In this document: piece after piece, positions 38,143 to 51,168 of the stretch
How positions within the stretch are numbered: the first letter of the stretch is position 1
Layout of the letters: each line of letters begins with the position of its first letter
Origin: Eledone cirrhosa
Lineage: Eukaryota
Reading direction: 5' to 3'
Length of the DNA stretch: 64,000 nucleotides
Assembly (NCBI GenBank): GCA_964016885.1
Contig: OZ024745.1
Coordinates: 73,160,001-73,224,000 of the forward strand
Notes under the pieces: model-generated
Database searches by the model: none
Told to the model about the DNA's origin: nothing
What the model saw: only the letters and a program-made list of their open reading frames with translations
Translations under genes and position numbers: made by a program

Positions 38143-38420
38143 GGGAGCATGTAGCCTAGTTGTAATCGTGTTGGATCATAATGTTGTGGGTATGATTCTT
38201 GGGCTGGTTTTTGTGTTGTATTCTTGTAAAAAGGCTTCATTTCACATTGCTCCAGTATACTCAGCTGAAAATGAGTACCAGCAATAGCTGGGGATTTAAC
38301 TCTGTAATGAACTGGCATCCTGTCCAGGGGAGAGTCTTGTAGTCTCAATTGCTTCACACCACGAAACTGGGATAAGCACCAGTCTGATGAGCCTCCTGAC
38401 TTGAGACAGATTTTAGACTT
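38143..38420 (+). mobile_element. Decayed tRNA-derived SINE (second family)
   Basis: A-box-like tagcctagttg, CORE-like cacattgctccagtatactcagctgaaaatgagtacc, and 3' body tggcatcctgtccagggg...gaaactgggataagc. Confidence 0.6.
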
Positions 38421-39059
38421 AGATTAGACTCAGATATGAACGACATGCAAGGTTACTTTAAATGTAAGGCTTCATTGTAACTGATCATCTCTCCTAGTAA
38501 TCTCACATTTTCAACATCACAAAAACTGGTATTCTTTTTCAGAGCCAGGCAACATACATGACTAGAATTTTCTATTAGTTCTTGCCTAATTTTAAAGAAG
38601 ATCAGTTAAGCATCTATAATTTTATAATTGTATGATTGTATTGAATTGTTGATTAGAATAATACTTCATACAAGTTCCTATCTAGAACTAGTGTAGGATT
38701 TCAGATATTGGCTGGCAAATATTAAAAATATAATAACTTTGATATATATATGCAAATGGAATAACTGTGTTGAATGTTGTAAATTATTATGTATTTGTAA
38801 AAACAAAATTCATAACTAGTCTTTCTTGAGTCATTTATGAGTATGTTTGTAATAATCATTATATTTATGTAAATTTAGTTACATAACAATCAAAATATAT
38901 TGTTAGAAAAACATCAGTAAAAAACATTAGTAAACACTGTATTAGTAATAAACCATCTAAATTTAACTACTAAGAAAGTAAATGTTATTTTCCACACTGT
39001 TGACATTTGGAAACAGAATAAAAATGAAATCAATTTAAAATATATTTTATCAATATATC

Positions 39060-40440
39060 TCAAAAGTGAAAATTGATGAAATGCAGTTTGCATTTGTTCC
39101 TAGGAGAAGGAATAACTGGTGCAATTTTTATTTTAAGGCAGTTATAGGAGAAGTACAGGGACAAGAGGAAGAATTTGTTTTTTGGATGTGTTTATTTGGA
39201 GAAAGCTTTCAAGAGGTTTATATGAGGTGATATGGGCATTGAGAGAGAGTTAGGATTGGAGGAGTGGCTGGCTCAAGTAATGATGAAAGTGTATGAGAAA
39301 ATTCATACAGACATGAGGACAAATGATAGGAATAGACAAGTTTGAAGTGAAGTTTGGAATGCATAAACAATCAGTGTTAAGCACTGCTATTTGCAGTTGC
39401 AATGTAGGTACTGACATAAAGTGTAAAGGAGGATTTACCATAAAAGTTGCTCTATGCGGATGACTCGTATTAATAGCACAGAGTATGGATGGATGGAAAG
39501 GAATGAAGCTAAAGGAATGATGGTGATGTCAAGTGGTAAAGATTTTGGTGAGATGGTGGGTCAAACTCTACAACAATATCTGGTGTGTGAGAACTGAGTG
39601 GTGTGCTAACAAGGTGAGGGAGTGTTGCTGAAACTGAAGAGAAAGGTGTATACTACATGTGTGAGAAGTGCCATGATTTATGGGTGTGAGACATGAGTGA
39701 TGAACATGGAGCAGCAGAGAAGACCAGAGAAAACCGAAATGAGAATGGTCTGGTTGATAAGTGATGTATCACTAAAAGAGAGGAAGACAAACAATGAATT
39801 ACAGAGGATGATGGGAATAGAGCTAATGATGAATGTTGGGAACAGAAATAGAATAAGATGGTTGTATGATGAGGAAAGATAAATGTGACTAGCTGAGAGG
39901 AGTGAAGGAATTGAATGTGTAAGGAAGTAGGAATCATCATCATTTCATTTCATTTTACGTCCGCTTTTTCCATACTTGAAAATGTGGGACGGGAACTGAT
40001 ACTGGCTTGATTTCTACAGCTGGATGCCCTTCCTAACACCAACCTCATTTACAGTGAGTACTGGGTGCTTTTTTGCCGTGGCACCTCCACGACCACTCTG
40101 CAGTGGAATGATAGGGACCTCAGTCCCTATCATCTCATTTCTACACCTGAGTAAACTGGAGAAATGTGAAATAAAGTGTCTTGCTCAAGGAAACAACACA
40201 TCACCCGGTCTGAGAATTGAACTCACAACCTTTCGATTGCAAGGCCAATGCTCTAACCACTAAGCCATGTGCCTCCAAAAAAGATATGTTTAAAATGATG
40301 GAGGAATAAACAAAAGCCAGGGGTTTGGTGATGGCGATACAGATGATAAGGAAAAGTAGAGAAGTGTGACATGGGGCCGGTAAGGCTAACCCCCACTTAA
40401 GAAGGGACGATGATCTTAAAATATTTGTCATTGCCACTAA
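39060..40440 (+). mobile_element. Heavily decayed RTE fragment interrupted by a SINE
   Basis: KIDEMQFAFVP, LEKAF, LLYADD and EMRMVWLISDVSLKE remnants; resumes after 40276. Confidence 0.65.
39933..40276 (-). mobile_element. tRNA-derived SINE with an RTE-B-type 3' tail
   Basis: A box tggcttagtgg, B box gagttcaattc, CORE-like body, then sequence near-identical to the RTE-B 3' UTR and an (ATG)n tail. Confidence 0.8.
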
Positions 40441-40839
40441 ATAGCCCTAATTTTATTATTACGAGGACTTTTACGCTTTTGAACTTTGAATCAATTTTGC
40501 AACTTTTTTACAGATTCTGTTAGGAGAAGCAAATTAAATAAAAGTTCTATCATCAAAATATATACACAATGTTTTTTGTATATACACTCAAAGGATTGAA
40601 AATGGGCAATGCAATAGAACACTAAGCTATATGTGTTACTATGTTTTGTCTTTTTCTACTTGCTTCCAAGCTGAAATACTGTTCAGACTGATATTTAGTT
40701 TTTGTTCTCCCCTCAGATAGATAAAATAAGTTCTAGCTATATACTGTGGCCATTGGCTTGATTCTTAGTTAAGAGAAATTGATCTATTTACATTGTTGTT
40801 ATTGAAACTAAAACAAAATAATTCTGTTATACATTTTAG

Positions 40840-40970
40840 CTCCTGAGAAAGTATTGAATATTACTCATGTTGAAAATAATACTCACTTATCAATTCATTG
40901 GTCGCCTCCTCTACAATCTGATATTACAAAATACATTCTCGAGTATTCTGAAACATGCTGGAAACATAAA
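40840..40970 (+). CDS. Host gene exon, first half of an FN3 domain (phase 1-0)
   Basis: cattttag|ctcct...cataaa|gtaagt; PEKVLNITHVENNTHLSIHWSPPLQSDITKYILEYSETCWKHK. Confidence 0.85.
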
Positions 40971-41682
40971 GTAAGTATGTTATACATTTTATAGTATGTA
41001 ATATCGTTAACATAAAATAATTAAGTTGATTTGGTCACATTGAATGAGTTTTAAAAGTTGTTAAATATATTATATTCCTATGACAAGAAGAATTTCATTT
41101 GTGTATATACTTATCAACATATAAGCAATGAGTTCATATTCCTCTGTAGGTATTTTATTCATTGTAAATGAGAAAATTCTACTTAACCCAGTAAACCAGA
41201 GAGTATCTTCTACATCTCATTCACTTGTTTCTATAGGAAGTATTGTTCCCATTAGACATGTCACTTCATAAATGAACTAAACAGAGTAATGAGCTTTAAC
41301 AAAGCATACAACAGAATGGCAACATAGAGAACAATCCAGTTTTAAGACAGGTAGAGGACATAGTTAAAGAAGTTTAGGAAGCATTGGTAATCTTCATAAT
41401 GAAAAATGTACTGGTTAAGAAAGTTTGAAACTGTTATGATATACACCTACTTAGCCATTTAAACCTCCAATCAGCCAATTTAATTGAAAGTAAATGCTGC
41501 TTTAACTTAATAGCTACTTGAATCATTATTTTAAAAAAAAGCATAGAGTTATAAAAGTTTTCTTCTAGATACGCAAATATTCAAACTTACATAAGTCCCA
41601 AATTACTGGCAGCTTAGATAAACAGAAATAGACTTGTTTTTAAAAGTTCAGAAGCACATTAAGGAGAGAAAATAGACTTTAG

Positions 41683-41888
41683 CCCTTTAGCTTTTAAACT
41701 GGCCATATCCGGCCAGGATTCTCTCATCTCTTTCTGTTCAAACCGGCTGTAACCAGCTGCTCATACAGATATTAAAGTATTGTTCTCAAAATAAAAAATA
41801 TCAAAATCTGATAGATTTGATATTATGTGAGGTAAAGCCTTTACGTAAAATATAATAATAAATATAGAGTAATGTAAATGCTAATGGG
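41683..41888. mobile_element. Possible piggyBac-like MITE
   Basis: ttag|ccctttagc ... gctaatggg|ttaa: short imperfect TIR beginning CCC with a TTAA-like target. Confidence 0.4.
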
Positions 41889-42679
41889 TTAAACGAGTTC
41901 CCAACAAGAACTGACCATAATAGAATCAAATTCGCATTGTCACTGCCTCTGTCTCTCTCACTCTTATAAGCAAATGGGGGCCCATTTTCTGGCTGCCCCA
42001 TGGCCCTGGCAGATAGAATAGAGGCATTCTCCAGAGGATCGTGAGGGAGACGTGTTGGAAGAGCCATTCCAGCTTGTGGGGCTCATACCTGTGGGTAGCC
42101 AATTCCGTTCTGATGGTGGTGAGTAGGAAGGTGGTCCTTTAGCCAAGGACGTGGAAAGTCTCCACTGCTATGGGCTTGAATGCAAACCTGTCAGAGAGCG
42201 ACTGATATTTGGAGAAAGGATGTTTTCAATTAATTCTGAAATAATAATAAAAAAAAGCAAATATTGTATAGAACTGAGTTGATTTATGAGATGTAAGTAA
42301 TTTATGTCTTTTTTAGTCTCAGACAAGATATCTTGTTGATTTAGTTCACTTTATTACATTATCTATATTATTTGATCCAGTCAAATATATCCAGAACCAC
42401 GAGGTGCATATTTGGGTAATATGGAATATCGACACTACTTTTTGCTAAAATATTGATTGATATCAAACAAAATTTGAACTTTTGTCAAAACAATAATCAC
42501 ATACAATGTCAAAGTTTGAAATTTTATTTTTAACAATATTCCGATTTAAAATATTGATTTATGAATTATCTTGGTTTATCTCTAACTGCAAAAGATAACA
42601 TTAAAGAAAGAATGTTCTAAAAGCTCATATGTATGTGTGTGTGAGTGTGTGTATATATTTATATATGTATATGTATATA

Positions 42680-44600
42680 TCATCATCATTTTTACATCTG
42701 CTTTTCCAATCTTGCATGGGTTGGATGGGTCCTTTTCACCTCAACATCTCTCCATTCATAGCAATCCTTCATTATCTCCTCTGTGACTTTCAGCATTTTG
42801 ATATCAGCTCTCACCACCTCTGCCCACATTTCCGTTGCCATTCCTCTACTGTGGCTTCCTTCCACTAGGATTTCTAGGTAATTCTACATCTAGCAATCAC
42901 CATCCATGCACATCACATGCCCATACCAAGGCAGTCTTCTCTCTTGCACACATTGTCTGATTTCTCTTATACCCAGTTTTTCTCAGTTCAACCAAGCTCG
43001 GTCATTATCTTACACTAATATTGCACATCCATCAAAGCTTGCTTGCTTCCTTTCTTTCTGGCCACTTCATATCTTCTGCAGTCATTGTCCATGTTTCAGA
43101 GCCATGAAGCATAGCACTTTGTACATAGGCAACATACAGCCAGCCTTTCATTTGGAGAGAGAAGCCTTTTGTTGTCAACTGAGGTAGTAGTTCCCTAAAC
43201 TTCTTTCAATCTATCCTTATTTTAGCTATTATGTTTTCAGAGCATCCTCCTCCACTGTTAATTAAATCACCTAGATAGCAGAAGCTATCAATCACTTCTA
43301 TGGATCCTTCATGGAAAACATTTATATCACTGGCACTGTTACTATCAATTAACCCAGAGCATCTACATACAGTGTCTTCTTTTCCTGTTAGTCTACCTGT
43401 TATCCCTCTATAACTCTTGTGTACACAAGATATACATTGTATACATCATATAGAGATTGTGGTTACTCCTTTTCTACACATTGAACAAAGCCACTTCCCT
43501 CATGAAATTAGGGTCCTGGTTTCTTTCCTTCTTACTAGCACTTTAGTTTTGGTTGAGTTTACTCTTAGCTTATTTGATTCTAAATTCTATTTCTATAGTT
43601 GGACTTATTCTCTAATTCTCCCATAGTTTCAGCTATGAGGACCAGATCATCAGCATACAGAATTTTCTATGGAAAACCAGTATTAAATTCCTCTGTTATG
43701 GCCTGGAGAACTATAATGAACAGCAGTGGGCTGAGAACTGAACCATGATGAGCTCCTACCTGTACCTTGAATTCTTCACTAACCTCATTTCCTATCCTTA
43801 CTTTACTGACAGGTCCTCTGTACATGGCTTACACTGCACTCAATAGCCAATCATTTACCCTTTGTTTCCTTAGGGACCACCATATAACAGATCAAGGTAC
43901 TCTATCAAAGACCTTTTCTAGATAAACAAAAGCTAAATATAGTGGCTTATTCTTAGTTAGGAACTTCTCTTGTAGTTGTCTCACTGGGAAGCGGGCATCT
44001 GTACTTTTTGGCACAAAACTAAACTGTATCTCATCTAACTTTATTCTTTCCCCAAATAGTTGTGCCAGAACTCTTTCCATCACTTTCTAATCTAGATCAA
44101 TTAGTTTGATTCCTTTGTATTTGCTCCTTTCTAGAGTGTAACCTTTTTTCCAATTGTAATCATCAATGAGTGTACTGCTGCATCAGTCCTTGGGTATGTT
44201 TCATTCTGTATTGCCAGATCGACTATGTGGATGACAAGTTCAACTCCTACTTCCCTTGATGCTTTAAGCTTCTCAGTCACTATCTCTGATGGTCCTATGG
44301 GTTTGCCATTCTTTTATCGCTTATAACTGTTTATTTTGATAGCTGGTCCCTCTTTTTTGTCAGCTGGTGGGTTAGTCCCTCATCCTCAAATTCATTCTCC
44401 ACATTGATCAACCTCTCATAGTAACATTTCCTGGCTTCTTTGTTTTGAGTATCAGAACACAATTTTCTTCAAGAACATCCCGATTCACACTGACACACAG
44501 CCTTGCAATGCAGAACACCTCATGTCTTTGATCCTCATGTTACAAAACGTTGACAAACCTTTCAACCACTTTCTGAGCTATGTAGCTTGTTGTCTAGCTA
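42680..44600 (-). mobile_element. Decayed RTE LINE
   Basis: Minus strand VRQLQEKFLTKNKPLYLAFVYLEKVFDRVP, YADDL, zinc-finger remnant and (ATG)n tail at ~42680; microsatellite on both sides. Confidence 0.85.
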
Positions 44601-44620
44601 TGTATATATATATATATAGC

Positions 44621-44671
<51 letters not shown>

Positions 44672-44859
44672 TGGAGAGGCTCATATTGTTATAATATTGC
44701 CAGAAATAATAATAGAACACACCCTCTATTTGGTATGGGTTGGTTTTCGCTTCTGTGTCTTTTATATCTCCATAGTTAATTTATTTGGCAATCAATGTTT
44801 ATCATTGATTGACCAATGGTTAAAAATACAGATATAAATATGTATATATATATATATAG

Positions 44860-45575
44860 TCTATCAAAGTTATTTCATCGATCATCTGTGACATCATCAG
44901 TTGTACTATTATGATTACTCCCGTTGTGTTATAATGCCTATGCAATTTTTATTTTATTTATTTATTTATTTATTCTTGTCTCTGTCTCTGTTTGCGCATG
45001 CGTTTGCGTGTGTTTCCTGTTTGGTGTGTTTTCGTGTTTGAGTGTATGTGTTTTTGTATTTTATCTTTGTTCACTAGTGTGTGTCTATGTGTATTTGTTG
45101 TTATTTTACTTGTGTATATATATATATATATTTATTTATTTATATTTCCCTTAGGTCAGTATTGTTTGTTTGGGTATGGTTGTTGTTCAATTTTGGTTTT
45201 CTTAGTTCTATCTCAGTTGCTTCTCAGATTTGCCTACCTGTTGAGTCATTTCTATGCTTAGATATTATTTTAATTTCTATGTTGTTTGTATTACCGTCAT
45301 GTCTTTGTCTGGCATGTTCATATTGTAGTGAAGTGTTTTTTTTTTCCTTTTAGTTCCCCCCTGTGTTGGTCTATTATTTTTTCTTCTATGCTTCGAGCTG
45401 CCTCACCTATGTATGTTGTTGTCATGTTTCTACCAGGACCCTATGAATATCTTATGATATAGACTACATTTCTAGTTTTATAATTTATCTGGGGCTTCAT
45501 TCTTCATATAAAACATTTCTTATTCATACAGTACATTTTCTTAAAGGGATATGTATTTTGTGGTAGTTCCTGGCT
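44860..45575 (-). mobile_element. Penelope-like element 3' remnant (GIY-YIG endonuclease + degenerate hammerhead)
   Basis: Minus strand from 45500 reads ...KTRNVVYIIR...TTYIGEAARSIEEKIIDQH, then YEHARQRH...RQI*EATEIELRKPKLN. CTGATGA...GAAA at ~44873-44900. Confidence 0.7.
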
Positions 45576-45591
45576 TATATATATATATAGA

Positions 45592-45645
<54 letters not shown>

Positions 45646-45646
45646 C

Positions 45647-45696
<50 letters not shown>

Positions 45697-45737
45697 ATAT
45701 ATGTATATATGTATATATGTATATATATATATATGTA

Positions 45738-45783
<46 letters not shown>

Positions 45784-45958
45784 ATATATATGTATATATA
45801 TATATTTATATATATGTGTATATATGTATATATATATGTATATATATATATTTATATATATGTATATATATGTGTATATATGTATATATATATGTATATA
45901 TATATATTTATATATATATATGTATATATATATATTTATATATATATGTATATATATA
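45576..45958. repeat. (TA)n/(TATG)n microsatellite
   Basis: Seen directly. Confidence 0.97.
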
Positions 45959-48900
45959 TCATCATCATCATCATCATCACCGTTTTACGTCCGTTCTTCC
46001 ACGCTAGCATGGGTTAGACGGGTTGTCCTGTTGTGGGCAGTGTCTGGTCGGCTGACCATGCCTTGCTCATACAGGAACTGATCTGGCTTGATTTCTACAG
46101 CTGGATGCCCTTCCTAACACCAACCTCATTTACAGTGAGTGCTGGGTGCTTTTTCGTGGCGCCTACACGTCCACTTTACAGTGTGGGCTGGGTGCTTTTT
46201 TGCCGTGGCACCTCCACGACCACCTTGCGGTGGGGGGGGGGGGGGGGGGGGGGGGGCATATTGTTTATATGCTTCAGCATGTACCCATGGGAGGTCGGGT
46301 ACCCTGTATTACTGCGTGACGCCAGAAGTCACGGTCGTGTGTCATTGACTTTGAGAGGTGTAGTTGGGTAAGGTCGGCTTTTATCACCTCATCCCAAGTC
46401 ATCTTGGGTCTCCCCACTCCGCGGTTTCCATCAACTTCTAGTGCTCTGCACCTTTTTATGCAGCTGTCATCCTTCATACGCATCACATGTCCATACCAGC
46501 GTAACCGCCTCTCCTGCACGCAGCATTTGATTCCTCTTATGCTCAGTCTCTCTCTCAATTCATTTATGCTTTGTCGTTCACGTATATTACTGTTACACAT
46601 CCATCGGAGCATGCAGGCTTCGTTTCTCTCTAATCTACGTAAGTCTTCCACCTTCAGCGCCCAGGTCTCACTACCATGCAACATCGCTGTTCGGATACAC
46701 GCATCATACAGTCTGCCTTTCATTCTGAGGGAGAAGCCTTTTGCAGCTAGCAGTGGTAGTAGTTCCCTAAACTTCTTCCATCCCGTTCTTACCCTAGTTA
46801 TTGTACTTTCTGAGCACCCACCTCCGTTGCTAATTCGGTCACCTAGGTAGCAGAAGCTGTCTACTGTTTCTACAGGGCCCTCCCAGAGATTGGTGGTACT
46901 TGTTTCCTGTGGCTGTTTGCTTGCTGTTTCAGCACAGCTGCTGCATGTGAATCCTACATTCTTAATTAAGCTTCCTGAGATCCCGCTACATCTCTTGTGT
47001 ACCCATTGTTTGCATTTGGGGCAGAGAATGGAGTTCCTACCTACACCTTTCCTACATACTGAGCAAGGCCATTTCCTTGAGGGGATCTGGGTTCTGTTTT
47101 CTCGTCTACTTATAAGGACCTTAGTCTTTGTCATGTTGACTTTGAGGTCCTTTCTCTCTAGTCCCTGCTTCCAGGTTTGGAATTTATTCTCTAGTTCTAC
47201 CATAGATTCAGCTATGAGTGCGAGGTCATCAGCATACAGGAGTTCCCATGGGCATCCGGTCTTAAACTCCTCCGTTATTGCCTGCAGGACTATGATGAAC
47301 AGGAGAGGGCTAAGAACAGAGCCCTGGTGGACCCCAACCTGTACGCTAAATTCCTCGCTATACTCATTGCCAATCCTAACTTTGCTGACTGCTCCCCTAT
47401 ACATGGCTTGTACCGCTTTCACAAGCCATTCATCTACTCCTAGTTTTCTAAGAGCCCACCAGATTACTGCACGTGGAACTCTGTCAAAGGCTTTCTCAAG
47501 GTCGACAAATGCCAAGTAGAGTGGCTTACTTGTAGCTAGGTACTTTTCCTGTAATTGCCTCACAAGGAAGAGCGCATCAGTGGTGCCTTTCCCTGGAACA
47601 AACCCAAATTGCATCTCGTCTATATTCACCCGGTCCCTAATCAGCTGTGCTATAACTCTTTCTGTTACTTTCATGACCTGGTCCATCAACTTTATACCTC
47701 TATAGTTTCCTCTATCTAGTGCATCGCCTTTACCTTTGTAGCAGTTGACAATGATGCTACTGCACCAATCTTTTGGTATGGCCCCCTCTAGTATGACCTG
47801 GTTAACGATACGTGTGGTTATAGTGTCACCTACAGACCCAGATGCCTTCAGCATCTCGGCAGCTATACCCGATGGACCGGTTGCCTTCCCTATCTTCATA
47901 TCTCTGATTGCCTTACTTACTACGCTGCCGCTGACTTGTACTGCTGGTCCCTCTATAGGGTCTACGTGGGGTAGGGTCTCTTCTTCCCATGCATTCTCCT
48001 CATTTAGTAATCTATCATAATGACTCTTCCATGCATCTTTCTTCTCAGCACTTGTGAGGGCAAGCTCACCTTTATCATTCCGGATACACTTCTCTCCAAT
48101 GACATCACAACTATCTCTGACACACTGCCTCGCAATCTTGAATACCTCCTGTTTCTGGTCCTCACGTTGTAAAACATGCTTGAATTTTCTATCCTCTGCT
48201 TCCCTCCTAGCTAAGTATACTTGTCGCCTAGCTTCCCTCTTGGTCTCTATGTAATGTACCCTGCTCCCCCCGTTCTTCCATTCTTTCCATGCCTGTCTCT
48301 TGGCCTTGACTGCTTCATCTACCTTATTGTTCCACCACCAAGTCACTCTCCTCCTGCTTGAGGTCTTACTCCAGCCACAAACCTCATCCGTCGCCTCTAG
48401 TAAGTTATTTTTTTAGGAACTCCCAGTTCTCTTCTACGTTAAATGTCTCTATCTGTTCTTCTTTACTGTCGTAGGCGTTGAGTAAAATATCTTTAAATCT
48501 GTTACTGGTTGAGGGGACTTTCAGCTTCCAGATCTTTCTTCTCCAGGTTGGCCTCTGTTTCAGGGCTCGTCTAGTTCTGACCGTGAGGTCGCTGACAACT
48601 AAGCTATGTTGGGATGTACATTCCTCACTAGGGAAGGCTTTTGTGTTTACGACCGTCCATCTGTCACGTCCTCTGATGAGGATAAAATCTAACTGACTAG
48701 AGTGCTCCCCTGATCTATAGGTGATCAGGTGGTTGTCGGGTTTTTTAAAGTTTGTGTTACATATCGACATGTCATTGGCGTCGCAGAATTCTAGAAGTCT
48801 GAATCCTTCCTCACTCCTTGTGCCAACTCCATGGCCTCCATGTACTCTATTGAAGCCGTCGCAGTGTTTACCTACGTGTCCGTTAAAATCTCCTGCAATG

Positions 48901-49600
48901 ATTAGGAAGTCCTTGTCGTCTGTTAGAGCAGTAGTGTGTATTAGGGACTCGTAAAACCTATCCTTAAGTTCGTCTGACAGCCCCGATTGGGGTGCGTAAG
49001 CTGATATTATTGTGGTAATTGTCTTATTCAGGACTAGTCTGAGTTTAATGATTCTTGCATTTACCCTGTACACTGAGATTACTTTATCTACCCACTTGTC
49101 AGCTAATAGTATACCTACACCACCCATCCCATCGTCATTTCCCACCCAGAAAAATTTGTAGCACTGGCTTTTTCCTACAAGGACTCTAGCAGACCCTCCT
49201 CTCCATCTAGTCTCTTGCACACAGCATACATCAACTTCCTTTCGCTCTAGCATTTCTACGATTTCTCCTGCTCTTCCTTTCATTGAGCCTACATTGATGG
49301 TACCAACTCGGAGTTTTGGGCATTTGTCGACACTCGTAGGGGAGGGTCTCTGGGTTGGCGCTTCACGTGGGTGCTTGGTAGCTCGCAGATTCATATTTCA
49401 TCTATTGATTCAGAGTTGCTCGTGTATTCCCAGCTCATCCATCCATAACGGTGGGAAAATTGAGGGCTAGAAGGACAGTGGTGGTGGGGTAATGGCAGGG
49501 TGTGTTGGGATGCGCCAGAGGAGGAGAGAGTTAGTTAGGCAGGTAGTAGCAGCAGCAGCAGTGGAAATGGCATGCTAGGTTTGATTGGTCGAATAGACTA
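45959..49600 (-). mobile_element. RTE family B copy 2, complete ORF region with one frameshift; embedded in TA microsatellite
   Basis: ORFs 48405-49394 and 46274-48346 are collinear with the 1022-aa ORF. One extra T in a homopolymer at ~48408-48414. (ATG)n tail abuts (TA)n and the 5' end runs into (TA)n. Confidence 0.95.
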
Positions 49601-50154
49601 TGTATATATATATATTTATATATATATATGTATATATATATATGTATATATATATATTTATATATATGTGTATATATGTATATATATATGTATATATATA
49701 TATTTATATATATGTGTATATATGTATATATATATGTATATATATATATGTATATATATATATGTATATATATATATTTATATATATGTGTATATATGTA
49801 TATATATATGTATATATATATATTTATATATATATATGTATATATATATATGTATATATATATATTTATATATATGTGTATATATGTATATATATATGTA
49901 TATATGTATATATATATGTATATATATATGTATATATATATTATATATATGTGTATATATATATATGTATATATATATGTATATATATATTATATATATG
50001 TGTATATATATATATTTATATATATGTGTATATATATATGTATATATATGTGTATGTATATATATATGTGTATATATATATGTGTATATATATATGTGTA
50101 TGTATATATATGTGTGTATATATGTGTATATATATATGTGTATATATATATGTG

Positions 50155-50185
<31 letters not shown>

Positions 50186-50240
50186 GTATATATATATGTG
50201 TATATATATATATGTGTATATATATGTATATATATATGTG

Positions 50241-50271
<31 letters not shown>

Positions 50272-50469
50272 GTATATATATGTATATATATATATATACA
50301 TATACATGGACACACTGGAAGAGGAAGACCAAGGTTAACATATGTTGATGCCCTAAGGACAGACACTGGTCTGTTGGAGACGCAGGATATGGCAGCGATA
50401 ATGAGGGACAGAGACCGCTGGAGAGAACTCGTCCATGGATCTCGGGAATTTTACCTGCCTTAGATAGAT

Positions 50470-50509
<40 letters not shown>

Positions 50510-50782
50510 ATATATATATATATGTATATATATATGTGTATATATATGTATATATATATGTATATATATATGTGTATATATATGTATATATATATGTATA
50601 TATATATGTGTATATATATGTATATATATATGTATATATATATGTATATATATATGTATATATATATGTATATATATATGTATATATATATATGTATATA
50701 TATATATGTATATATATATATGTATATATATATGTATATATATATGTATATATATATATGTATATATATATATGTATATGTA

Positions 50783-50858
<76 letters not shown>

Positions 50859-50912
50859 TGTATGTATATATATATGTATGTATATATATATGTATGTATA
50901 TATATCTGTATG

Positions 50913-50947
<35 letters not shown>

Positions 50948-51128
50948 GTATGTATGTATATATATATATATGTATGTATATATATATATATGTATGTATA
51001 TATATATATATGTATGTATATATGTATGTATATATATATATATGTATGTATATATATATATATGTATGTATATATGTATGTATATATATATATATGTATG
51101 TATATATGTATGTATATATATATGTATG

Positions 51129-51167
<39 letters not shown>

Positions 51168-51168
51168 G
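49601..51168. repeat. (TA)n-derived microsatellite block, interrupted at 50305-50470
   Basis: Seen directly. Confidence 0.95.
50305..50470 (+). mobile_element. Short 3' end of another RTE family inside the microsatellite
   Basis: [23 protein letters not shown]...[11 protein letters not shown], then a (TAGA)n tail. Confidence 0.7.

Noticed and set aside
38380-38420. ctgatgag...gagac as another hammerhead
   Set aside because: No GAAA and no convincing stem II; it is the 3' body of the SINE at 38143-38420.
15418-40970. Assigning a gene symbol (PTPRQ/PTPRB/Ptp10D) to the host gene
   Set aside because: Only FN3 ectodomain exons are visible. With no transmembrane or catalytic domain in the window, orthology cannot be stated.
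42317-42403. Candidate next host exon (ttttttag|SQTRYLVDLVHF...)
   Set aside because: Phase-compatible, but there is no FN3 second-half motif and the donor is weak; not supportable without RNA data.
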